This document shows positions 9,301-18,781 of a DNA stretch of 32,000 nt, piece after piece. Position numbers and translations under genes: made by a program. Under the pieces are notes generated by a model that had not been told where the DNA came from, did not search any database, and saw only the letters and a program-made list of their open reading frames with translations. How positions within the stretch are numbered: the stretch's first letter is position 1; each line of letters opens with the position of its first letter. This DNA is from Telmatocola sphagniphila (lineage in GTDB: Bacteria > Planctomycetota > Planctomycetia > Gemmatales > Gemmataceae), in assembly GCF_018398935.1 (NCBI RefSeq), contig NZ_CP074694.1, positions 2,400,001 to 2,432,000 on the forward strand. Direction: 5' to 3'.

Positions 9301-9882
9301 TCCGTCGATTGGACGGAATTGAGCTATCTGCAGAAGCTTTCGGGCACCGTGCGAGAATTTCGCGATCTGCAAAACAACCCGTACAGTGCCTTCGTGCTCG
9401 GAACGCTCTTGGTATTCTTCGTCCTGGCAGGTTTGTACGAAAGTTGGTCGCTGCCAATGGCGGTGATTCTCATCGTACCCATGGTGCTTTTGAGCGCCTT
9501 GTTCGGCGTGATCCTTGCCAAGATGGATCTCAACATCTTCGTGCAAGTTGGATTCGTGGTGCTGGCGGGACTGGCGGCGAAAAATGCGATCCTCATCGTT
9601 GAGTTCGCCCGAGACAGACAATTGCAAGGTGTGCCGGCCTTCGATGCGGCCGTGGAGGCCGCGACAGTCCGATTGCGTCCGATTCTGATGACATCATTCG
9701 CGTTCACACTCGGTGTGTTTCCCCTGGTAATATCCCACGGGGCCGGTGCGGAAATGCGGCGAACGCTCGGAACGGCTGTTTTCTCTGGAATGATCGGGGT
9801 AACTTTCTTCGGGATCTTTCTGACGCCGGTATTCTTTTATGTGATTAGAAGACGCTTCAAACCACCCTTGGTGCAGCAATAG
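6373..9882 (+). CDS. RND efflux permease, AcrB/HAE1-like, unusually long (~1169 aa)
   Basis: MLARFFIDRPVLAWVISL at the N-terminus. Other AcrB-type blocks are GIVVDDSIVVLENIER, LYESWSLPMAVILIVP, AKNAILIVEFA, RLRPILMTSFAFTLGVFPLV and a C-terminal FFYVIRRRF. GAGG lies upstream of ATG 6373 (the ORF opens at TTG 6367). Confidence 0.95.
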   Translation: MLARFFIDRPVLAWVISLVIVMIGGISSALLPVAQYPLVTPPTVRVTATYAGANAQVVADTVAAPIEQQVVGVENMLYMNSASNNDGSYTLDVTFDLGTDINMAQVLLQNRVAIAQPVLPDVVKAVGVTVRKRSPDMLLIVNLYSDNDPKTGNPYYNNLYLSNYATINLVDRLTRVEGVGDVFSFGGQDYSLRIWLDANKMQSRSLTAGDVIAVLREQNIQVAAGQVGQPPISNGTRFDFQYSMSTKGRLAEPKDFEDIVVKTGADGAVTYLKDVARCELGAKNLDQNLTLDGRPSVGIAIFQLPGSNALDVADRIRLLMHEEEKKFPEGLRFGIVYDSTPFVRESIREVFHTLRDAVILVALVVLLFLQDWRSLMLPVIDVGVSLIGTFAVMKLMGFSLNNLTLFGLVLAIGIVVDDSIVVLENIERWLEKGLPVREATIRAMSEITGPIVAITLVLSSVLLPSAFLGGITGQFFRQFALTISASMLISAINAMTMTPARATSIFAGRKHGEGHGNDGKEALPWWSFCILGGVASIWFLTPSLGHFFGIASAEDLESLDALPGGVKATLWSWLGYVVLFIPGAIPGGIVGVAIIRPVNWFLGKFFKAFNSVFELGTRIYGKTVGWCLRLSVIMLLVYIGLIGLTGYGFTLLPQGFIPTQDKGRLILMVSLPDSASLERTKAVCKKIDKIVLETPGVANIINGAGRSFVLNAMSSNLASGFIPLKPFHERRGPGLNADGIASILRKRFREEIPEAKINVFGVPPVDGLGTAGGFKLMVQAAGDVDYGALQEQADHLAAQGNKMAHPGVEAILNPDYNPAIDPISKQYLGDPPAVIGALDSFRAKMPQLYVDVNRVKAKAMGVELTDVFDALQANMGSYYVNDFNKFGRTWQVNVQADSKFRMTAQDVRQLRIRNNRGDMVPMGSVAQVVEKPGPLQIVRYNMFPAAPINGAILPGISTGEIQAIMEQEAEGMPRQFSVDWTELSYLQKLSGTVREFRDLQNNPYSAFVLGTLLVFFVLAGLYESWSLPMAVILIVPMVLLSALFGVILAKMDLNIFVQVGFVVLAGLAAKNAILIVEFARDRQLQGVPAFDAAVEAATVRLRPILMTSFAFTLGVFPLVISHGAGAEMRRTLGTAVFSGMIGVTFFGIFLTPVFFYVIRRRFKPPLVQQ

Positions 9883-10453
9883 ACGCTACACCAGTTTGCC
9901 ATCTGGGGGCCGATAGCGGCTGTGAGTATGCTAGCCCAGACCCGGGTTTAAAGGACGATATCTAGGTCATGGGAATTGGTTGGTCCATTCCTTTTGGGCA
10001 AGCCTTGCTAAGGACCGAAAAGTCCAGTTTACACTGCTCTTCTCCGCTGGCGGATAGCTTGGAAATGATCATTCCCAGTGTTCAACGGCATTGCCCTCAC
10101 ACTTTCCATTTGCACAACTCTTAAGAAGACTCGTCTTCCCTCCTTTTTGCCAATCGCACACAGAAGTTGCGATAAATTTCCGGCCTTGTGCGCGCGGACT
10201 TTGTCAAGTTCGCCCGCTTTCCCGGTTTAGGATTCGATTCGGATGGCTATTTCCTAAAAGCTTAATCCCAAACGCTTTACAGGAAAATTAAATACTCGAC
10301 TTCCCAGATGAATTTGACGGAGTGAGATGTCGCGCCCCATTTACCCTCTTGCGATAGATGATCAAGTTTATCATTATAGTCGATTATCTCTCCAAGCGTG
10401 CTGTCCATTCAGTGCGTTTCAAATTTTCATTACCGATTCGAGGGACTTTTCTC

Positions 10454-11413
10454 ATGAAACGCCGATCTGTCCGACGCAAGGGTTTCACGCTGATTGAACT
10501 GCTCGTTGTGATCGCCATTATCGCCATTTTGATTGGCCTGTTGCTTCCTGCGGTACAGAAAGCTCGTGAAGCGGCATCACGTATAAAGTGTACGAACAAT
10601 TTGAAGCAACTCGGCCTTGCAGAGCATAATTTCGAAAGCGCCATCGGAGGTTTCACGATGGCCCCTTATAATCCTTCGTTCGCCTGGCTGACATCTAAGC
10701 CCTATGCCGTGCCCCACGGGTGGGTCGTGGAGCTATTGCCCTACCTGGAGCAGCAGAATGTGCAAAACGCCTACAATCTGAATGCGACTTGGGCCGCCCA
10801 GACGCCAAGCGATGCGAACTATTATGTAAATCAGACCCTTATTCCGATCTTAATATGCCCTTCGACTCCCAATGGAAGCGATTCCACTTCTCGCTCCCTT
10901 CCCTATGGCCGCGGACCGCTGGATTATGTGCCGATTTTCCGCATCGACCTCAACGCCGCAAATATCTTCGCTCCAACTCCCGCCCCGAACTACGATCCGA
11001 ATAAGGGGGAGGGAATTCTCGGCCGGGGAGTGAATCGCAAGATAACCGAAATCACCGACGGTACATCGAACACCCTGCTTTTTGTCGAAGAAGCAGGCCG
11101 AAATACCATCTATGTTAATGGTCGCCCTACTCCCTCCTTTAATTCCCAAGACCAAGGAGGAGCCTGGGCCAACTTCGCCATCGGAGGTTCGATCATAGAC
11201 TCCCTGCGCAGCTTCAATCCGGCAACCGGAACCTATTACGGCCCCTGTGCATTAAATTGCACCAACGGTGGAGAGCTTTATTCTTTCCATACCGGCGGAG
11301 TTAATGTCGTCATGGGGGATGGCTCCGTTCGATTCCTAACGAACTCCACAACCTTCGCAACCGTGGTCGCCCTTTATACGCGAGCGGGCGGCGAAATTCT
11401 GACAGACAATTAG
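10454..11413 (+). CDS. DUF1559 domain protein with prepilin-type N-terminal cleavage/methylation motif (H-X9-DG family)
   Basis: [56 protein letters not shown] is the typical planctomycete pseudopilin-like N-terminus. The C-terminal [18 protein letters not shown] is the H-X9-DG motif. The upstream TTG at 10358 would add an implausible 32-residue extension. Confidence 0.9.
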   Translation: MKRRSVRRKGFTLIELLVVIAIIAILIGLLLPAVQKAREAASRIKCTNNLKQLGLAEHNFESAIGGFTMAPYNPSFAWLTSKPYAVPHGWVVELLPYLEQQNVQNAYNLNATWAAQTPSDANYYVNQTLIPILICPSTPNGSDSTSRSLPYGRGPLDYVPIFRIDLNAANIFAPTPAPNYDPNKGEGILGRGVNRKITEITDGTSNTLLFVEEAGRNTIYVNGRPTPSFNSQDQGGAWANFAIGGSIIDSLRSFNPATGTYYGPCALNCTNGGELYSFHTGGVNVVMGDGSVRFLTNSTTFATVVALYTRAGGEILTDN

Positions 11414-11436
11414 CAAATTGCATAGAGAGGAAAACC

Positions 11437-11898
11437 ATGAAGCGATTTATACTCGGGGTAGCTTCGGCTATATTCGTCCTGACGCAGACCGGTTGCTCCA
11501 GTGAGAATGGGAAGTACATTCCCGTCACCGGCAAACTCCAAGTGGACGGCCAACCTGCCGAAGGGGCGCAGGTGACCCTCGTGCCTACAAATTCCAGCAT
11601 CGGCGAATCGACTTTCCGTCCGACCGGATTGGTAGATGCGGACGGATCCTACAAGCTCACCACTTATGATCCTTCTCGGAGCATCACCCATGAAGGTGTG
11701 CCTCCGGGGGAGTATAAGGTTACAATCACTTGGATACCTCTTCTCCAGCCTGGGGAGAATGTTGATTCGAAAAAGCGGCCCGTAGATAGACTCGGGGGAA
11801 AATACCTCGATCCTGCCAAATCGCCCTATCCGGTGGTCATAAAAGAACCCCGCATGGAAATGGATCCAATTAATCTGAAGCTCTTAAAGCGAAGTTAA
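11437..11898 (+). CDS. Small lipoprotein with carboxypeptidase-regulatory-like (transthyretin-like) beta domain
   Basis: Lipobox: MKRFILGVASAIFVLTQTG-C. The segment GKLQVDGQPAEGAQVTLVP...DADGSYKLTTY...PGEYKVTITW resembles CarboxypepD_reg-type domains. It starts 23 nt after the DUF1559 gene, a common pairing in Planctomycetota. Confidence 0.6.
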   Translation: MKRFILGVASAIFVLTQTGCSSENGKYIPVTGKLQVDGQPAEGAQVTLVPTNSSIGESTFRPTGLVDADGSYKLTTYDPSRSITHEGVPPGEYKVTITWIPLLQPGENVDSKKRPVDRLGGKYLDPAKSPYPVVIKEPRMEMDPINLKLLKRS

Positions 11899-11993
11899 AC
11901 GATCTGTCATCGCAAAACTGTTATCGGAACCGCCCTGCGGAACCGATTCCTTAAATAAATCGAAATACTGCTGAACCGAATGAGGCGTAATCT

Positions 11994-14573
11994 ATGAGAC
12001 ACCCGCTAGCAGTTATTACGGCGGCATTTGTCGTAATAACTCCAGTTTTTGGTGCCGAACCCGAGCCCGCAAAGCTCGACTTCTTCGAAAAGAAAGTCCG
12101 TCCGATTCTGGTGGAACATTGCCATGCCTGCCACAGTGCTGACACAAAACCCGCGGGGGGTCTGCGCGTAGATGATCGCAATGGCTTGCTGAACGGGGGC
12201 AATACCGGCCCCGCAGTAATCCCCGGAAATCCCGATAAAAGCCTGATCCTCAAACGGGTGACAGCCAAAAATAAAGGTCACATGCCCCAACAGGGAGAGG
12301 ATCTCAAACCCCAAGAGCTGGCCGATCTCACCCAGTGGATCCGAGAAGGTGCTCTCTGGCCGACCATTCGAGTGCCTGGGCATCTGGGCAAAACCCAGCC
12401 GAGCTATGAAAAACTCAAAAAAGAGCACTGGGCCTGGCAACCTCTCTCCAGACCCGAAGTACCCGTTGTGAAAAACAAGAACTGGCCGAAGGACGATCTC
12501 GATCGATTCGTTCTCTCCCGGTTGGAAGCTGCAAATCTCCAGCCAGCGGCGGAGGCCGATAAGCTTTCGCTGCTTCGTCGCGTCACCTTCGATCTGACTG
12601 GTTTGCCCCCTAGCCCGGCCGATATCGATTCCTTCGTTAATGACTTCGCCCCCGATGCTTTTGCAAAAGTAGTCGATCGTTTACTGGCCTCTCCCCAGTT
12701 CGGTGAACGATGGGGGCGACACTGGCTCGATGTCGCACGATATGGAGAAAGCACGGGACCGAGTCGTAATATTCCCTACCCCTTTTCCTGGAAATATCGC
12801 GATTACGTCATCGACTCGGTAAATGCGGACGTCCCCTTCGACCGCTTCCTCCGCGAACAAATCGCGGGCGATCTTTTGCCCGCCGATAATTCCGAGCAAC
12901 AGAATCGTCAACTGACGGCCACCGGTTTCCTGGCCTTGGGTGTCAAGGATGTGAACCAGAGGTTCAAAGTTCGTTTCCTTATGGACAATGTGGACGAACA
13001 GATCGATGCGGTGTCGCGGTCGATTCTCGCACTAACCGTGAGTTGCGCCCGCTGCCACGATCACAAATTCGATCCGATTCCCCAGTCCGACTATTACGCA
13101 CTGGCGGGAATTTTCACCAGTTCCGAGAATGCAGCCGGAGTGCGGAGTTTGATGGGCGGGGGTGGCTTGGCGTATTACGACCCTGCGAACCTAGTGGTGT
13201 TAAAAGGCAATCTCCCGGAAGTGCCTAAAGAACAAGTCGAAAAGGTCAAAGCGGAACTTGCCGAGGCCAAAAAAGCCTGGGATGCCATTCGCGGAACTCC
13301 CGAGGGTCTTAAGTTGGCCGCCAATGGCTTTCCGACCCAGCGTCCGTTTCGCTTGAAATTCGAAGCAAAACAAGCGGAACTCGCCGCTCTCACCGATCCG
13401 GCCGCGCGAGGTTTTGCGGTCCATGGAGCCCGGGAAGGCAAAGTCGTCGGGGATACTGAACTTCGCATTCGAGGAGAGGCGGAGAAACTCGGTCCCAAAA
13501 TTCCCCGTGGCTTTTTGACCGCCTGGACGGTGCCAGATGCCCCTTCCATACCTGCAAGTCATAGTGGTCGACTCGAACTCGCTCAATGGCTCACCAGCAA
13601 CCAGAACCCCGTCACCCCCCGCGTGGCGGTTAATCGGGTCTGGGCGCATCTTTTCGGTCGAGGGATCGTATCGACCGTGGATAACTTCGGGGTTACTGGC
13701 GATCTTCCCAGTCATCCGGAGTTATTGGATTTTCTGGCGAATCGCTTTTTGCAGGAAGGGTGGAGCGTGAAAAAGCTGGTGCGCGAAATCGCACTTTCGC
13801 GAACTTATCAACTCTCGGCGGAAACCTCCCAAACGGCGCGAAAACTCGATCCCGCGAACAAATTACTCTGGTGTCACAGCCCGCGTCGACTGGATGCCGA
13901 GGAATATCGCGATGCGGCCTTGTTCAGCGCCGGAAAATTGGATTCCAAACGACTCGGCCCCTCCGCCGTGAGCAGCCTCAAGATGATCGAAATGCGCGAT
14001 AATGGCCCCGAAGCCAAAGCGATTCACGAAGCCGCTGACCGAAGTCGGGCACGGAGCATTTATCTGCCGTTGCTGCGCGGCGTGACCCCTCACGCCTTGG
14101 CAGCGTTCGATCCGGTCGAACAAACTCTGGTAACGGGAATCCGGGAATCGACGACAGTTCCCAGCCAAGCCCTTTTCCTGCTGAACTCCGCGTTCGTAGC
14201 GAACCAGTCCTTGAGTTTGGCCGATCGGCTGTTGAAGGATTCGAATGCGACCGATTCCGATCGAATTTCGCTACTATATCGCCGGACGTTGAGTCGCACG
14301 CCGACCGACCATGAACTCACCCGGGCTCTGGCTTTCGTCGCGGATTATGAAGCGGCCGCCAAATTGCAACCGCCTCCCCCCGAACCTCCGAAAGTCGCAA
14401 AGAAAGTTGAGCCGAAGAAACCCGTGGATCCGAACCAGGATCCGGATACCGTCGATCAGACGGGAGAAAACATCGCTGAAGAAATCGTTCATCCCAAGGA
14501 TGCCAAAACTGCGGCCTGGCAGGCACTTGTGCAATCCGTGTTAGGCTCGGCGGAATTCCGCTACCTCAAGTAA
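11994..14573 (+). CDS. PSCyt1 / DUF1549 (PSCyt2) / DUF1553 (PSD1) domain protein, putative heme-binding secreted protein
   Basis: Signal peptide [26 protein letters not shown] lies at 12120..12134 in an [18 protein letters not shown] context (planctomycete cytochrome c domain). It also has the WAWQPL...DRF block and [13 protein letters not shown] (DUF1549), and [12 protein letters not shown] (13044..13058) with [14 protein letters not shown] (DUF1553). Confidence 0.9.
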   Translation: MRHPLAVITAAFVVITPVFGAEPEPAKLDFFEKKVRPILVEHCHACHSADTKPAGGLRVDDRNGLLNGGNTGPAVIPGNPDKSLILKRVTAKNKGHMPQQGEDLKPQELADLTQWIREGALWPTIRVPGHLGKTQPSYEKLKKEHWAWQPLSRPEVPVVKNKNWPKDDLDRFVLSRLEAANLQPAAEADKLSLLRRVTFDLTGLPPSPADIDSFVNDFAPDAFAKVVDRLLASPQFGERWGRHWLDVARYGESTGPSRNIPYPFSWKYRDYVIDSVNADVPFDRFLREQIAGDLLPADNSEQQNRQLTATGFLALGVKDVNQRFKVRFLMDNVDEQIDAVSRSILALTVSCARCHDHKFDPIPQSDYYALAGIFTSSENAAGVRSLMGGGGLAYYDPANLVVLKGNLPEVPKEQVEKVKAELAEAKKAWDAIRGTPEGLKLAANGFPTQRPFRLKFEAKQAELAALTDPAARGFAVHGAREGKVVGDTELRIRGEAEKLGPKIPRGFLTAWTVPDAPSIPASHSGRLELAQWLTSNQNPVTPRVAVNRVWAHLFGRGIVSTVDNFGVTGDLPSHPELLDFLANRFLQEGWSVKKLVREIALSRTYQLSAETSQTARKLDPANKLLWCHSPRRLDAEEYRDAALFSAGKLDSKRLGPSAVSSLKMIEMRDNGPEAKAIHEAADRSRARSIYLPLLRGVTPHALAAFDPVEQTLVTGIRESTTVPSQALFLLNSAFVANQSLSLADRLLKDSNATDSDRISLLYRRTLSRTPTDHELTRALAFVADYEAAAKLQPPPPEPPKVAKKVEPKKPVDPNQDPDTVDQTGENIAEEIVHPKDAKTAAWQALVQSVLGSAEFRYLK

Positions 14574-14630
14574 GACATCAAAACTCCATTATCTTTTATT
14601 TCCTAATCATTGAATCCACTGGAATTTCAA

Positions 14631-16019
14631 ATGAATATTCCCAAAGAACTTCGGGCTTCAGTTGCGGTGCCACCCAGCCGCCGACAGCTATTAAAAACGG
14701 CCAGTAGCGGCTTCGGCCTCGTTGCTCTGGCAGGACTGCTCGGTCAATCCAAAGCCCGAGCGTCAGAACCTGAGGCGAAACCTCTTGCCCCCAAAGCTCC
14801 CCATTTTAAAGCGCGGGCGAAGCGGCTCATATTCGTTCATATGAACGGGGCAATCTCACATCACGATACGTTCGATTACAAACCGCAGCTGGAAAAGAAT
14901 GACGGCAAGCCGGGTCCGGGCGGCGGCATTCTAACCGCTTCAAAATTCAAGTGGAAGCAGTACGGCGAAACGGGTAGCTGGTTCACGGAATTATTGCCTA
15001 AACTCGCCCAGCATGCGGATAAACTCACCTGGCTCCGAGGCCTGCACACCGACACTCCGGCCCATCCTCAGGCCGTGGTTCAACTCCACACCGGGAGCGC
15101 GAACGCAGCGCTGACCCGTCCCAGTTTAGGAGCCTGGCTCTTATACGGTCTGGGCTCCGAGAATCAGGAATTACCCGGCTACATCACCATCAATCCGCCG
15201 CCGAATTTCGGAGGCGCGGTGAACTTCGGCAGCGCGTTCCTACCAGCTCACTTCCAGGGAACCCGCATCGACGATCTGGGACAATTGCCGAATCTGAAGC
15301 CTTCCACTGCCACGACTCTGCAGCGAAAACAACTCGATTTGATCCAAGCCATGAATCGCGAATTGGGCAATACCCCGACCGCGCCGGATCAACTCGATGG
15401 AGTTATCGAAACCATGGAACTCGGTTTTCGCATGCAAGGCAAAGTGCCCGAACTACTGGACATTCGCCAGGAACCCCAGAAGGTGAAGGATGCCTACGGT
15501 ATCAAGGATGGCCCCGCGGGCGGATTTGCTCGGCAGTGTTTGATGGCGCGAAGACTCTCAGAAGCCGGCGTTCGGTTCGTCGAAATTTGTCAACCGGGAT
15601 GGGATCATCACACCAATTTGCACAAAGGGATGATAGAGCGCTGCGCTTCGATCGATCAACCGGTGGCCGCTCTCTTAACCGACCTGGAACAAAAGGGACT
15701 GCTTTCCGAAACCCTTGTTCTCTTCGGAAGTGAGTTCGGCCGACAGCCCACTGCCCAAGGGAAGGATGGTCGCGATCATAACATCACGGGCTACCCGATG
15801 TTTTTAACCGGAGCGGGAGTCAAGAAAGGCTTCACTTACGGCTCCACGGATGAGTATGGTATCAAAGCGGTTGAAGGTCGGATGCATACCAACGATTTGC
15901 ATGCCACCTTACTAGCGTTGATGGGTCTGGATCACGAAAAGTTGACCTATCGCTATGCCGGCCGCGATTTTCGACTGACGGATATTGCAGGTCAGGTCGC
16001 CAGCGAAGTTCTGACGTAG
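14631..16019 (+). CDS. DUF1501 domain protein (sulfatase/alkaline-phosphatase-like fold) with twin-arginine-type signal
   Basis: SRRQLLKTASSGFGLVALAGLLG is a Tat-like signal. FVHMNGAISHHDTFDYKP, GWDHHTNLH and GSEFGRQPTAQGKDGRDHN are typical DUF1501 blocks. This family is the usual partner downstream of DUF1553 proteins. The ORF opens at TTG 14610; ATG 14631 is preferred. Confidence 0.9.
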   Translation: MNIPKELRASVAVPPSRRQLLKTASSGFGLVALAGLLGQSKARASEPEAKPLAPKAPHFKARAKRLIFVHMNGAISHHDTFDYKPQLEKNDGKPGPGGGILTASKFKWKQYGETGSWFTELLPKLAQHADKLTWLRGLHTDTPAHPQAVVQLHTGSANAALTRPSLGAWLLYGLGSENQELPGYITINPPPNFGGAVNFGSAFLPAHFQGTRIDDLGQLPNLKPSTATTLQRKQLDLIQAMNRELGNTPTAPDQLDGVIETMELGFRMQGKVPELLDIRQEPQKVKDAYGIKDGPAGGFARQCLMARRLSEAGVRFVEICQPGWDHHTNLHKGMIERCASIDQPVAALLTDLEQKGLLSETLVLFGSEFGRQPTAQGKDGRDHNITGYPMFLTGAGVKKGFTYGSTDEYGIKAVEGRMHTNDLHATLLALMGLDHEKLTYRYAGRDFRLTDIAGQVASEVLT

Positions 16020-16033
16020 AGTCTGGAGCTGTC

Positions 16034-16086
16034 GTTGCAACAGAGGGGAACGAGCAGTGCGTATGCCTGTTCCCCTCTGTTGCAAC
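16034..16086. terminator. Perfect 18-bp inverted repeat between convergent genes (likely bidirectional terminator)
   Basis: GTTGCAACAGAGGGGAAC (16034..16051), 17-nt loop, GTTCCCCTCTGTTGCAAC (16069..16086). It starts 15 nt after the DUF1501 stop and lies upstream of the minus-strand DUF3592 stop. A T8 run lies at about 16158. Confidence 0.5.
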
Positions 16087-16220
16087 GGTAACGAGCAGCT
16101 CAGTAAGCACATCGCTAAGGAAAGACCGCTTCACTACAATTAGCGTGGGGTAGTTCAATTTTTTTTAGGACAGATTGAAACGAGCCATTCCAGTCGGGAC
16201 ATCACCCCTCTCAGACAAGT

Positions 16221-16718
16221 TCACTGCGCTACAATATTCTCGAGTATTGTTCTGTTTGGGTGACTGAGTACCCAAGCAGCGATGTTGAATGCTAACATCA
16301 TCAAAAGCCAGACAACCGAGAAAGCGATCGTCAATTTGCTGCCCGGATGCACGCCGTAGGAGAGAGACGAAATCGAAGGATCAGTTGGATCGTATCGCAC
16401 ACTAACTGCCTTTGCACTTTTAAGCTTTCGATAAATTTGTTCTTCGTCGTATTTATCGCTACCGGGATAATACCAGAATGCCAGTCGAGAACTCGTGTAG
16501 GAAATCCCTTCAACTGTATACGAGTATTCACACCGGACCTCGTATGTATTACCTTCTCTGTCGGGAATCTCATAGAGTTCACAGTGAGTGATCTTTCCAG
16601 GCGTAGCCGGCCAGCTTCCGGGCAAATTCGCTTTTCTAGCACTTCACAAGCCCTGCCCAAAGAGGAAGAATCCCAGGAGATACATAGGGGTGAAAACCGC
16701 GATCCAGACAATAGCCAT
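16221..16718 (-). pseudogene. DUF3592 domain membrane protein interrupted by an in-frame TGA (16644..16646)
   Basis: ORF 16221..16625 encodes the DUF3592 core (SWPATPGKITHCEL...YEVRCEYSYTVEGISYTSSRL...VSVRYDPTDPSISSL) plus a C-terminal TM helix. In the same frame upstream, ATG 16718 encodes MAIVWIAVFTPMYLLGFFLFGQGL, the expected N-terminal TM helix. This is followed by TGA and then SARKAN-LPGSWP. Confidence 0.65.
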
Positions 16719-17469
16719 TTTCACGATCCGAACCCTTAGTCATCGATTAGCGGGATGAGATTTTAGTTTTCCAGGAAACATCGAGTTTAGGCATTCCCAA
16801 GCCAATCCAGAAACAGCGAACTGTTTAACTCAGATAATTATTACGAGAAATCGTAATACCGTTTGCAGGAGTTTGAAGGATTTTTGGTGGAAACCAAAGC
16901 ATGGGAAGCCAGATGGTATCCCGCCGAGCGATCCGTTCGCCGGAACTCGGCCTTCCGGATAAGATCTACCGACAGGGATGGTATCGCTGTCAATTTCCGC
17001 CAGTCAATTCTATCCTCTCCCAGGGAGTTTGAAGTGCGGTATTCCTTGCTGATCGCTATTATTCTTTCGGCGTTCCACTCCCGATTGCATGCAGAACATC
17101 CGGTACCGGATAGCCCTCTTTGGCTTACTTATACCGGTGAGAAAGGCCCTGGCCGGGGGAAACACATCGTACTCATCGCGGCCGATCAGGAATATCGCAG
17201 CGAATTCGCACTTCCCATGCTGGCCAAAATTCTTGCGAAGCATCACGGTTTCGATTGCACTGTCCTCTTCAGCCTTAACGATCGAAACGAAGTCGACCCT
17301 ACCCAGAAAATTCGCTGGGAAGATAAGACTGTCACCCACAATATTCCCGGTCTCGAGTATTTGGCTCGAGCGGACCTGGTCATTCTCTTCAGCCGGCTCC
17401 TATCACTACCTGAGGCGCAAAGGAAATACGTTTACGAATACCTGGACTCGGGGAAGCCGATCATTGGAA

Positions 17470-17479
17470 TACGAACCGC
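17470..17479. repeat. Target-site duplication, left copy
   Basis: TACGAACCGC lies immediately outside the left IR and is identical to 18772..18781. Confidence 0.8.
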
Positions 17480-17498
17480 CAGGGAAATCGCATTTAAA
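17480..17498. repeat. IS left terminal inverted repeat
   Basis: CAGGGAAATCGCATTTAAA matches the reverse complement of the right end at 17 of 19 positions. Confidence 0.8.
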
Positions 17499-18693
17499 GC
17501 TGAAGGAATTCTCGAATAATTAATTCTCGGCGTTCATCGCTGGCGCAGGCTTTCAGTCGTTTGACTGCCATCGATTCCTTGCCGCTCGCATTCGCTACTA
17601 TGCTCAGAGCCAACCTTTTAATCCTGGCGAAATTCTGAGGGCCGTTATCTTTTCGAACCCGGCTGTCGTCGTCGCCGAATGTCACATCCAAGGACCAATG
17701 CAAATTATTCTCGATCGTCCAATGTTCCCGGACCGCTTTCGCCAACACCGGAGCGTCCGACGCTCGGCTGCAAATATAGTAGCGGATTTCGCTCGCGCTC
17801 TTGTGGTTTTCTCGGCGGTCGGTCACCACCACGACCACCGTCTTCAAGCCTTTCCAATCGTCCTTCATCGATAAGAAATTGACGTCCGAAAACACGAGGC
17901 ACGAACGGTACTCCACTCGGCCTCGATTCTTCTCCGTCGATTCGCAGAACGTCGTCGGTACATCGGCGAATCCGGACTCCAAATGCTTGAAGTAATGAGC
18001 CTTGATCTCGGCCAAGAGAGTCGGTTGATTGTCCTTCACCGCCAACAGGTAATCCGCGTCCCGTTCCCGCACCGCCTCGGCGATTTTTTTTTGACAGCCC
18101 ATCGCGTCGATAGTCACGATTTTTCCGGCAATGTCCAGCCGTTTCAGCAATTCCGGGATCGCGGTGATCTCGTTCGATTTATCGTCCACCGCCTCTTGGC
18201 CCAGCGTCACGCGGTTGGCCGTCGCAAACGCGCTGACCACGTGCAGGCACTTCTGACCCGGACCGCCTGACGAACGCATCGTCTTGCCGTCGATCGCCAC
18301 CTGAAGCAGGTCGGTCCCGACGCAGATTTCCGCCATCCATGAAGCGAAGCAGGCCTCGAAAGCATCCGTGTCCAGATAGCGGAAAACTCGGCCGAAAGTG
18401 TCATGGCTCGGGATGCCGTTGGGCAAGGGGAGATACTTCCGGAACCAGTCGATCTTGGTCACGCCGAAAGCTTCGACGGCCACCCAGTCGTTGGCTCCGG
18501 AAACCGCGGCGCAAATGGCTATGAAAATGATTTCCGAAAGCGTGTGTTGTTGGCAACGATCGAGGCGGTGGTCGGGCAAATCCGCGAAGTGGACGAGGAG
18601 ATCGGTCAACGGAGTTTTCGCCGGCGCGGGAGATAGTTCGGAAAGCTGAAACATCGAGGAACCCCAGGGCGATCTAGCGAGCGATTTCCACAT
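17494..18693 (-). CDS. ISAs1-family (H-repeat-associated) DDE transposase
   Basis: The N-terminal block FADLPDHRLDRCQQHTLSEIIFIAICAAVSGANDWVAVEAFG...GIPSHDTFGRVFRYLD matches the DDE_Tnp_1-associated domain of ISAs1 transposases. Then come VAIDGKT, TIDAMGCQKKIA, YLLAVKDNQPTL and HWTIENNLHWSLDVTFGDD (DDE region). Confidence 0.9.
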   Translation of the reverse strand: MWKSLARSPWGSSMFQLSELSPAPAKTPLTDLLVHFADLPDHRLDRCQQHTLSEIIFIAICAAVSGANDWVAVEAFGVTKIDWFRKYLPLPNGIPSHDTFGRVFRYLDTDAFEACFASWMAEICVGTDLLQVAIDGKTMRSSGGPGQKCLHVVSAFATANRVTLGQEAVDDKSNEITAIPELLKRLDIAGKIVTIDAMGCQKKIAEAVRERDADYLLAVKDNQPTLLAEIKAHYFKHLESGFADVPTTFCESTEKNRGRVEYRSCLVFSDVNFLSMKDDWKGLKTVVVVVTDRRENHKSASEIRYYICSRASDAPVLAKAVREHWTIENNLHWSLDVTFGDDDSRVRKDNGPQNFARIKRLALSIVANASGKESMAVKRLKACASDERRELIIREFLQL

Positions 18694-18752
18694 CCTCCAC
18701 TAAAGAAGAACGATGCGCAATACAATTAATGACATTAGATGTTTTCTTGGAA

Positions 18753-18771
18753 TTTAAGCGCGATTTCCCTG
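18753..18771. repeat. IS right terminal inverted repeat
   Basis: TTTAAGCGCGATTTCCCTG; its reverse complement is CAGGGAAATCGCGCTTAAA. Confidence 0.8.
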
Positions 18772-18781
18772 TACGAACCGC
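18772..18781. repeat. Target-site duplication, right copy
   Basis: TACGAACCGC lies immediately outside the right IR and is identical to 17470..17479. Confidence 0.8.

Larger units (their letters stand above)
17480..18771 (-). mobile_element. ISAs1-family insertion sequence, 1292 bp, apparently intact
   Basis: A single transposase ORF is bounded by imperfect terminal inverted repeats beginning CAGGG, and flanked by the 10-bp direct repeat TACGAACCGC. It sits inside the ThuA-like reading frame. Confidence 0.85.

Noticed and set aside
8806-9627. 273-codon minus-strand ORF (with others at 7425..7787, 7791..8222, 8310..8702 and 9324..9707) inside the RND permease gene
   Set aside because: These ORFs are antisense to a gene with unmistakable AcrB-family motifs. 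Their translations are Arg/His/Ser-rich with no recognisable domain. They are typical shadow ORFs.
16644-16646. The in-frame TGA in DUF3592 read as selenocysteine, or TGA/TAA read as reassigned codons
   Set aside because: I found no convincing SECIS-like hairpin immediately downstream. DUF3592 is not a known selenoprotein family. TGA and TAA both terminate ordinary genes throughout the window.
16863-17033. Upstream extensions created by alternative start codons in the ORF track (16863 for ThuA-like, 10358 for DUF1559, 4663 for the adaptor, 22131 for the DUF1592-type gene, 21472 for yaiI, 29187 for the esterase)
   Set aside because: In each case a downstream ATG or GTG gives a proper signal peptide or the canonical family N-terminus, often with an SD-like sequence. 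The extensions add atypical sequence.
18084-18092. T9 homopolymer (A9 on the coding strand) inside the transposase gene as a programmed frameshift or phase-variation site
   Set aside because: The transposase frame is continuous through the run (GCQKKIAEA). ISAs1 elements encode a single-ORF transposase, so nothing suggests frameshifting here.
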